Shown: piece by piece, positions 1-6,722 of the stretch
Layout of the letters: every line of letters starts with the position of its first letter
Position numbering within the stretch: position 1 is the first letter of the stretch
Source: a virus
Taxonomy: Duplodnaviria > Heunggongvirae > Uroviricota > Caudoviricetes
DNA: 64,000 bases
IMG/VR virus record: IMGVR_UViG_3300032046_000003
Span: 64,001-128,000 of that record
Strand: one strand, 5' to 3'
Program-made: the position numbers and the translations under genes
Notes under the pieces: model-generated
The model's input: the letters and a program-made list of their open reading frames with translations, nothing else
The model's database searches: none
What the model was told of the DNA's origin: nothing

Positions 1-22
1 TATAAGGGCGGTAATTGGTGAA

Positions 23-217
23 TTGCCTAATGATCCAAAAACTAGAATACAAACTTTAATATTCAATAGAGACCCTAATTTTGGTAAAGCTTGGAATTTA
101 TTTGAAGCTAAGCAATGGACAAAATCACACAAAGACAGAATAAAAGTGAGTATAAATTTGAGAGATTTATTACAAAAATGTCAACAACTTATAACTGATA
201 AAGGAGTGAATCAATAA
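23..217 (+). CDS. Small hypothetical head-module protein
   Basis: TTG-start ORF whose stop overlaps the protease start (TAATG); IQTLIF...AKQW...H pattern resembles small head-associated phage domains; start uncertain. Confidence 0.4.
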   Translation: MPNDPKTRIQTLIFNRDPNFGKAWNLFEAKQWTKSHKDRIKVSINLRDLLQKCQQLITDKGVNQ

Positions 218-2187
218 TGTACCCTAATTTACTTATGCCTGGAAGAGTTAGTAAAACTGAAGTTTCTAAAAGTATAGACGATAATAAATTTGTTATTAGA
301 GGTTATGCTAGTGTTCCTATATTAGATTTGGAAAATGAAATTATAGCTACCGAAGCTTATGATGATGCTATAGAAACTGTAAAATCTAGAGCAGGACAAA
401 ATAGACCACTACCAATTTTTATAGAACATAGGAGAAAAGAATTATCTTTACCAGTGGGCAAAATAACCGATGCTGGCAAAGATGATAAAGGAATGTGGTT
501 TACAGGAGAAATAGCAGGAGGAATAATTGGGCAGCCTATAAGAGAATTAATCAAAGGTGGTTATTTATATGGATGTTCAATTGGAGGAGATGCCGTAAAG
601 ACCGTTCAATATTTTGATACACAACACAATAGAGATGCTAAGAAAATTACAAAGATGGCGTTTAGAGAATTATCTTTAACCGGTCTTCCAGTCAATGAGG
701 AGGCCGTATTTTCAATTTCCAAAAGTCTAAATAAGAACGAAAAGGAGGTGAGAAGATTAATGGATAAGTTAGACTCAGCGATAGATATGCAAAAATCTAT
801 TTCTCTATTAGAGAAGGCCGTGGAGCCCAACAATCTCGACGAACAGTCATTAAATCGAATAAAAGAAGCATTAAACAATTTAGCTAAATTGTTACAAATT
901 GATATTACTGACGAAGGCGGAGAGCAACAAGTTGAAACTCCACCTAAAACAGAAGAGTTGCAAAAACCCGGGATTATGAGTACCAATACCGAATCTACTA
1001 CTGGCGAAGAAAATCCCCAGGAAATAGGGCAGGGAATGGAATCTACAAATATCTCAGGTAACGCCTCGGGGAATACCTCGGGTGGAATGAACTCTGGAGT
1101 TGAAGGCAAATTAGCAATGATTGCCGAAAAACTCGATAAACTGATACAGATTGAAAGTGGCGAAGCTACTACTGATGAAAATGGTTCCCCTAAAGGCAAC
1201 CAAGAATTGGTTGAGGGCGACAAGAAGCCTGATGGTGAAACTGAATTAGTAGAAAACGATAAGAAGAATCAAGAGCCAAAAATGGTCGAAGGAAATAAAA
1301 AGGCTCAGGATAAAAAATCCGATAAAAAGAAAGATTTTAATAAATCTTTAAAAATACAAGGAGACGACGAAATGAGCGATTCTAGAATGGAATGTCCAAA
1401 TTGTGAATCTGTGTATAAAAGCACAGATGAATACGAAGTAAGACATTGCCCAGAATGTGGATCGTCTTTCGCCAAGAGCTCCGAAACAAAGGAGGAAACA
1501 AACAAAATGGAAACCGAAGAAGTAATATTCGAAGACGATCTTATGTGTGAGGACTGTGGCTCAGTATTTGGTAAATCGTTATCGTACGAAGCCAATTATT
1601 GTCCAAAATGCGGTAAATCATTAGCTACCGTGGCTATTGCGCAATCACCTAAGGGTGCAAGTACGCAAAGACCTACGCAAAGCAAAATGAATGTTGGCAA
1701 AACCAACATAGACGATGTAGCTGTTGCCCAAAGTCCTAAAGGCGCATCAACTCAATACAAGAATAAGAGCGAAGCAGCAGAAGATATAGAGAAAAATCTT
1801 GAATTAGAGAATCCGCCTCTAGAAGATACTGGGGAATCAGTTTCAGAGTGGAAAGACGGCAATTATATACCAGCAGATAAAAAGGAAAGAGTAGATATGG
1901 AAGACGAAGATATAAATGTTGCACGTCCTAGTGGAAAACCAATGTTGAGCTCAGCCGATCAGTCAAAATTCCGTACATACGGAACTGATAGGACAAAGTC
2001 GGTCAATGTTGAAGATAGATTAGAATCTATCGAGAAAACATTGGAAAAGGTATTAGATAAATCTGATGGCAGAAAGTCTAATATTCCGTCTGAAAGTATA
2101 GAAAAATCTTCTCAATCTTCAGCAGCTCCTACGCAAGACAGTATTGACAGAAGCTTTGCTAGGATGATACTGGGCAGCGAGAAGTAA
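217..2187 (+). CDS. Prohead (maturation) protease, HK97-type, fused to long acidic scaffold-like C-terminal region with two Zn-ribbon motifs
   Basis: IRGYAS...D.ENE, PIFIEH, PVGKI, GYLYGCSIGG, FRELSLTGLPVNEEA motifs in the first ~170 aa; low-complexity acidic tail; CxxC...CPxCG twice; directly upstream of the capsid gene. Confidence 0.88.
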   Translation: MYPNLLMPGRVSKTEVSKSIDDNKFVIRGYASVPILDLENEIIATEAYDDAIETVKSRAGQNRPLPIFIEHRRKELSLPVGKITDAGKDDKGMWFTGEIAGGIIGQPIRELIKGGYLYGCSIGGDAVKTVQYFDTQHNRDAKKITKMAFRELSLTGLPVNEEAVFSISKSLNKNEKEVRRLMDKLDSAIDMQKSISLLEKAVEPNNLDEQSLNRIKEALNNLAKLLQIDITDEGGEQQVETPPKTEELQKPGIMSTNTESTTGEENPQEIGQGMESTNISGNASGNTSGGMNSGVEGKLAMIAEKLDKLIQIESGEATTDENGSPKGNQELVEGDKKPDGETELVENDKKNQEPKMVEGNKKAQDKKSDKKKDFNKSLKIQGDDEMSDSRMECPNCESVYKSTDEYEVRHCPECGSSFAKSSETKEETNKMETEEVIFEDDLMCEDCGSVFGKSLSYEANYCPKCGKSLATVAIAQSPKGASTQRPTQSKMNVGKTNIDDVAVAQSPKGASTQYKNKSEAAEDIEKNLELENPPLEDTGESVSEWKDGNYIPADKKERVDMEDEDINVARPSGKPMLSSADQSKFRTYGTDRTKSVNVEDRLESIEKTLEKVLDKSDGRKSNIPSESIEKSSQSSAAPTQDSIDRSFARMILGSEK

Positions 2188-2319
2188 TCTCGACTCAAAC
2201 AAAAAAACAAGTGAGACAAATCTCACGAAATTAATAATGCTGCGGTCAACTGGGAGAAGACTACCGCGAAATAAAAAACTTCCTCCAAAAAATCATAAAC
2301 AAAAGGGGGGAAAAATAAA

Positions 2320-2387
2320 ATGGCTAGTTTAGAAAAAGCTCTGTCGTCAATAAGCGGACAGGGCGGAGATGTAATTATACCTCAGCT
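2320..2387 (+). CDS. Major capsid protein, exon 1 (MASLEKALSSISGQGGDVIIPQL)
   Basis: RBS GGGGGG at 2305-2310, ATG at 2320; GG..IP motif typical of the HK97-fold N-arm; frame closes at TAA 2392 unless spliced; exon ends in U as required for a group I 5' splice site. Confidence 0.85.
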
Positions 2388-2466
2388 TAATTAAGCAGGC
2401 TGACTTGCAGGTGACTGCAATGAAAAAAGATTGCTATATCGGAAAAAGTCGAATGGACTATTAAGT

Positions 2467-2519
2467 GGGTCTAAGATTAAATTGATCATTTAATCGACGG
2501 AGCTCCAACTCCTAGACCC
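2467..2519 (+). ncRNA. 53-nt three-way-junction element, copy 1 (upstream of intron-1 endonuclease RBS)
   Basis: GGGTCT-AAG-ATTAAAT/ATTTAAT-CGAC-GGAG/CTCC-T-AGACCC; covaries with the copies at 3642 and 14694. Confidence 0.75.
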
Positions 2520-2542
2520 TTTTAATACTTGGAGGTATTATA

Positions 2543-3205
2543 ATGGAATTATTAGAATGTAAAATTTGTGGACATAAAACTAAACAATTACATAATCATA
2601 TAAAATTTACTCATAAAATGAGTAGTAAAGAATATAAAGAAAAGTTTAATGTTAAGACATTATGTATTATTTGGAATAAAGGTCAAACTAGAAAAACAAA
2701 TTCAATTGTTGCTAAATATGGTGATTCTGCTACAAAAAGTGGTAAACATAGAAAACCACAACCATTATATTTCAAATGTTGGAATAAAGGATTAACAGTA
2801 GATACAGATGAAAGAATGGCTAGACTAAATGTAAAAGCTCAAAAAGCAGTTGCACAAACATTTAAAAGAAAGAATTATATATCTAGTTTAGATGAGAAAC
2901 TATATGTGTTATTAAATAAAAATAACATAAAATATGATCCACAAAAAAGTGTTACTATTGATAATAAATATGTTACGATTTTAGATGCATTTGTAGAACC
3001 TAACATTTGTATTTATGTTGATGGTAATTACTGGCATTCAATTCCAAGAGTAAAAAATAGAGATTCATTTTTTACAGATAAGTTAATAAAAATTGGATTT
3101 AAAGTAATAAGAATATGGGAAAATGAATTCGATAATTCCGAGGAAAGACTCTTAAATTTTATAAGAGAATCCGTAGAGACTATACGCAATCCTCTCAATA
3201 TTTGA
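2543..3205 (+). CDS. Intron-encoded homing endonuclease-like protein (C2H2-type Zn finger + WNKG repeats + Vsr/DUF559-like nuclease domain)
   Basis: CKICG...LHNHIKFTH Zn finger; WNKG repeats; LDAFV..NICIYVDGNYWH...GFKVIRIWE Vsr-like signature; RBS GGAGG at 2531; lies within intron 1. Confidence 0.8.
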   Translation: MELLECKICGHKTKQLHNHIKFTHKMSSKEYKEKFNVKTLCIIWNKGQTRKTNSIVAKYGDSATKSGKHRKPQPLYFKCWNKGLTVDTDERMARLNVKAQKAVAQTFKRKNYISSLDEKLYVLLNKNNIKYDPQKSVTIDNKYVTILDAFVEPNICIYVDGNYWHSIPRVKNRDSFFTDKLIKIGFKVIRIWENEFDNSEERLLNFIRESVETIRNPLNI

Positions 3206-3304
3206 GATGAAGATATAGTCCGAACTGAAAATATAAACCAATAAATTTCAGAGTTAATTAGAAATAATTAACCATCTAAAGACGGTAGATGTAACAACTG
3301 GTTG

Positions 3305-3562
3305 TGCTGACCAGATAATTCCGGTTATCCGTCAGAAATCTTACATGAGGCAATTCTTACAAAGTTTCAATATGCCGACAGAAACGTACAGGTTTCCTAA
3401 GTTAACAACTGGGAATACCGTGTATTATGTTGGAGAAACTGCCTCTGCTCCTGAAAGTTTAATGGCTACGGGGACTGTAGAACTCAACGCGAAAAAGCTC
3501 ATGGTGGCATTAGCGGTCAGTGCTGAATTAGAAGAAGATGCGGTTCTGCCAATCGTTCCCGT
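3305..3562 (+). CDS. Major capsid protein, exon 2
   Basis: ADQIIPVIRQKSYMRQFLQ...YYVGE...VELNAKKLMVALAVSAELEEDA: HK97-fold E-loop/P-domain motifs; in frame with exons 1 and 3 after splicing. Confidence 0.9.
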
Positions 3563-3641
3563 AAATAATATTGCGGCTTTCTCAATAAATTGAGATCGAA
3601 AATTTGACTATATCGGTGAAGGTCTTATGGAAAAAAGTTAT

Positions 3642-3694
3642 GGGGCTAAGATTGAATTAGCTATTTAATCGACGGTGCCTAATCACCAAGCCCC
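3642..3694 (+). ncRNA. 53-nt three-way-junction element, copy 2 (upstream of intron-2 endonuclease RBS)
   Basis: GGGGCT-AAG-ATTGAAT/ATTTAAT-CGAC-GGTG/CACC-A-AGCCCC. Confidence 0.75.
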
Positions 3695-3715
3695 TTATAT
3701 CTATTAGGAGATTAT

Positions 3716-4354
3716 ATGAATAAAGGACAATTTAAAAAAGGGCATAAAGGATATTGGTTCGGAAAGCGTAGAAGCAAAGAAACTATCAGTAAAATAAAAT
3801 TAACTGAGAAAGAACAGTTTAGAAATGGTATACGAAAACCTTGGAATAAGGGATTAAAAGGCGATAAAAGATGCGTTTGGAATGAGGGACTAACAAAAGA
3901 CACAAACGCAGGCATTAAAAAAATAAGTGATTCTAAGAAGGGTAAAACTTTCAAAGAAATCGCAAAGAATGTTAATCCCGAAGAATGGAAAAAGAAAGTA
4001 GCAAGGCATGGTGAAAACAATGGAAGTTGGCGCGGTGGCATAAGTTGGTATCATGGAAAAGATTGGAAAGCAATAAGTAAAAGTTATCGTAAGAAAAACC
4101 CAATTTGTAAAAAATGCAATAAGAAAGTTAAAATTGTTCACCATATATTACCGTATATTGTATTTAAGAGTGATAAAGAATTGATGTCTTTATGCAGAGG
4201 TTGTCATAGAAGTATAGAGAATTTACTAGATAAGTTTTTTAAGATAACACCGAGGAAAGACTGGAGTAATCCAGAATCCGTAGAGACTATACGTCAAATA
4301 ACTAAAGATTGGTTAGTTAATGATATAGTCCGAACTGCAAATATAATCCAATAA
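3716..4354 (+). CDS. Intron-encoded HNH homing endonuclease with NUMOD3-like repeats
   Basis: PWNKGL/WNEGLTK repeats, GENNGSWRGG linker, CKKC...VHHILP...LCRGCH HNH/Zn signature; RBS GGAG at 3707; lies within intron 2. Confidence 0.82.
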   Translation: MNKGQFKKGHKGYWFGKRRSKETISKIKLTEKEQFRNGIRKPWNKGLKGDKRCVWNEGLTKDTNAGIKKISDSKKGKTFKEIAKNVNPEEWKKKVARHGENNGSWRGGISWYHGKDWKAISKSYRKKNPICKKCNKKVKIVHHILPYIVFKSDKELMSLCRGCHRSIENLLDKFFKITPRKDWSNPESVETIRQITKDWLVNDIVRTANIIQ

Positions 4355-4414
4355 ATTGCAGAAGTAATTAGAAATAATTACTCATTTATAGAAATATAAA
4401 TTGTAACATAATTG

Positions 4415-5036
4415 AATAAGGGATGATATGGCAAAAGCATTTGCTCTTGCTGAGGAAAATGTTTTCATCAATGGAGACACAACTCACACTGCAACTGCAA
4501 CGGATCCTTCATCTGGAACTGATGCAAACTGGTATGTTAATGACCAAAGATTGGCTTTTAACGGATTAAGAAAGGTAGCATGTGGCACTTCAGTTGATGC
4601 TGGAAGTGGTGCTCTTACTTTAGCTGATATTTCGGCAGGTATTCAAAACTTAGACGTCTTCGGACGCGATAAGTCAGAGTTACTGTTGATTGTTTCACTT
4701 AGAGAAGAAAACACTCTTCGTCAATTGTTAGGTATCAACCTTGCTGTTAACCAGCTTGGTTTAACCGGCACAGCGCTTCCTGGAGAAATAGGTAAGGTAT
4801 GGGGCGTTCCAGTAGTTGCAACGAATTTACTCGCAATAGATTCTGACAATGAATCGGAAGCTTTAATTCTTAACAGAAATGCAGCGATTATCGGCGATCG
4901 TAGGATATTTACTATCAAGTCTTCGGACGAGGTATTAATACGTACTGATCAATTGTTAATTGTGGCTTCTGAAAGGTTAGCTTTCAATGCTCAATACTGT
5001 CAAGCGGTTGTTAAAATAGTTAACATCGCGGCCTAA
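4415..5036 (+). CDS. Major capsid protein, exon 3 (spliced product 315 aa)
   Basis: IRDDMAKAFALAEENVFINGD...FNGLRK...GEIGKVWGVPVVATN...ASERLAFNAQYCQAVVKI: HK97-fold spine helix and C-terminal motifs; 68+258+622 = 948 nt in one frame. Confidence 0.92.
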
Positions 5037-5052
5037 GTCTAAATGTAATTAA

Positions 5053-5086
5053 GGGTGGGAGGTAGATTTACCTCTGCCTCCCATCT
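5053..5086 (+). terminator. Strong hairpin after the capsid gene (attenuator/terminator or mRNA-stabilising stem)
   Basis: GGGTGGGAGGTAGA-tttacc-TCTGCCTCCCATCT stem; only a weak U tract. Confidence 0.55.
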
Positions 5087-5108
5087 AGTTTAAAATAGGA
5101 GAAATAAA

Positions 5109-5546
5109 ATGTCAAAAGTACTAACAGATTTTAATTTATTACTGAATTGGAAAAAAGAAAAAAAAGTATATAAAATAGTTAAAAATTATCCAATAAATTT
5201 ACCTGAGGAAGTCATTAACTATTTAAAAATAAAATATCCGCAGAATCAAATTAAAATAGTTGATGTAGCACCCATAGCGCCTGTACCATCTATTCCTATT
5301 AATGTTCAAAAAGAACCTAGTGATATGATTCTTGAGGATTTAATAGTACAGTCAAAAATAATCAGTAGTGTTAACGCAGACCCAATAAAAACCACTATAG
5401 AACAAGCTTTAAACAAAGGCATTATAATAAGAAAAGGTGTATGGTATGAGTTTGAGGGCGAAAATATATGTAAAGGAATTAATAAATTAAAAGATAAGCT
5501 TGAAAATGACATGGAACTGTTAAATAAAATTCATAATAAATTATAA
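5109..5546 (+). CDS. Hypothetical protein with RecA C-terminal-domain-like module
   Basis: C-terminus ALNKGIIIRKGVWYEFEGENICKGINKLKDKLENDMELLNKI parallels the RecA CTD pattern (G.I.K.G.WY...GE.IGQG......L.ENPEL...I). Confidence 0.55.
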   Translation: MSKVLTDFNLLLNWKKEKKVYKIVKNYPINLPEEVINYLKIKYPQNQIKIVDVAPIAPVPSIPINVQKEPSDMILEDLIVQSKIISSVNADPIKTTIEQALNKGIIIRKGVWYEFEGENICKGINKLKDKLENDMELLNKIHNKL

Positions 5547-5555
5547 GGAATAAAA

Positions 5556-6722
5556 ATGAAATCATCTTTTACATGGAATTTTTCTAATCCGAGTGATTAT
5601 ACATATAACACTTCAAAAATAACTTTTGCTACAGATATTAATGGTGATGATTATATCACTTTAACTAATCCTGCTGATATGACATTTCCTTATATTATAA
5701 ATGCCACTGGAGTATATTTTACATTTATAAATAAAATAACTACTGTAGAAACTGATACTGTATCAGGTGCCGTAATAAGGTATCAATTAAGTCAAAATGG
5801 AGAAGACTGGTATTTTTATAACACGTCAACAGCACTCTGGGAATTAACAGCCGTAACAACAGGAACTTATTCTGAAATAGTTTCAGCTTCTAATTCTGAT
5901 GTTGAACTTAGTAAGGCTATATGCGAAAAATTTGCTACACAAGTTGATTCAGGAAAATTATATTGGAAAGCATTCTTGATGAGCGACGGCAACAATTCGC
6001 CTCGACTTTATTCTTTTAAATTTGATTTTGAACAATACTATACAACTATAAAATTAATAAGGGATTTAATGAGTCCATATGGATTAAGGGCAAGAGATCC
6101 AATAAGTGGATTATATTGCGTTGATACAGATTTTCTTTCAGATGATAAAATAAGAGCTTATATTCCATTAGCAGATTCATATATTAATAGTTCGTGTTTT
6201 AGAGACTTTTATTATCATAGAGATGTTGTAGAGTTCCACGATGGTAATAATACTGAAGGCATGATTACTTATTTCTTCCCTATAACCAAAATATCGCATG
6301 TTATAATGTATAACCAATTATTACAGGCTATGAGAACATTCCTGGACTTTGAAATAATTATACATCCTGAATGGGGTGAGCTTTTTCTACCACCAGCATA
6401 TCCCGCATTCTTATCGGATAAACCGTCAAGGGCCATATTTGGCAATATATTCATATATGGAAAACGTAACGTTGAAATCATGTATGACTACGGATATGAT
6501 GTGCCTTTAGAAGACATACAGCAAGCGGCCTCAAAATATGCCGGCATATTGGTTCTTCAAGCTTATTGGGCTTGGCTGACAAGAGGAATCCAATCAAGAA
6601 GCTTTGATGGATATTCAGAATCTTATATGCAAAAACCATTCGAAGGTATAACTGAGATTTGGAGAAAAGAAATAGAGATGATTATCAATACCAATAGAAA
6701 GCAATTCCAGAGGTCAATTTAA
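5556..6722 (+). CDS. Head-tail adaptor (neck) protein with N-terminal extension
   Basis: Position after the capsid gene; C-terminal half has YI..AD.YI...C.R.F, Y.YGY..P.EDIQQA and SRSFDGYSESY, typical of adaptor proteins. Confidence 0.65.
   Translation: MKSSFTWNFSNPSDYTYNTSKITFATDINGDDYITLTNPADMTFPYIINATGVYFTFINKITTVETDTVSGAVIRYQLSQNGEDWYFYNTSTALWELTAVTTGTYSEIVSASNSDVELSKAICEKFATQVDSGKLYWKAFLMSDGNNSPRLYSFKFDFEQYYTTIKLIRDLMSPYGLRARDPISGLYCVDTDFLSDDKIRAYIPLADSYINSSCFRDFYYHRDVVEFHDGNNTEGMITYFFPITKISHVIMYNQLLQAMRTFLDFEIIIHPEWGELFLPPAYPAFLSDKPSRAIFGNIFIYGKRNVEIMYDYGYDVPLEDIQQAASKYAGILVLQAYWAWLTRGIQSRSFDGYSESYMQKPFEGITEIWRKEIEMIINTNRKQFQRSI

Larger units (their letters stand above)
2388..3304 (+). 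ncRNA. Group I intron 1 in the major capsid gene
   Basis: P1: exon UCAGCU (2382-2387) pairs with GGCUGA (2398-2403), U.G at the splice site. P10: AGCA (2394-2397) with exon-2 UGCU. P2 hairpin UUGCAG-GUGA-CUGCAA; P3 GAUUGC/GCAAUC; R element AGAGACUAUACG (3175-3186); S element GAAGAUAUAGUCCG (from 3209); terminal G at 3304. Confidence 0.92.
3563..4414 (+). ncRNA. Group I intron 2 in the major capsid gene
   Basis: P1: exon CCGU (3559-3562) with GCGG (3573-3576), U.G at the splice site. P10: UAUU/AAUA. P3 AUUUGAC/GUCAAAU; P4 UCGGUG/CACCGA; R AGAGACUAUACG (from 4282); S UGAUAUAGUCCG (from 4321); terminal G at 4414. Confidence 0.92.

Noticed and set aside
2242-2290. Class I preQ1 riboswitch (stem, loop, ATAAAAAACT tail)
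   Set aside because: The architecture is similar, but the ligand-pairing C before the 3' stem strand and the typical loop sequence are missing, and the downstream gene is not queuosine-related; kept only as a generic pseudoknot candidate.
3345-5036. Track ORFs 3345-3593 and 4428-5036 as separate genes or a broken capsid pseudogene
   Set aside because: They are exons 2 and 3 of one gene; the group I splice signals restore a single frame.
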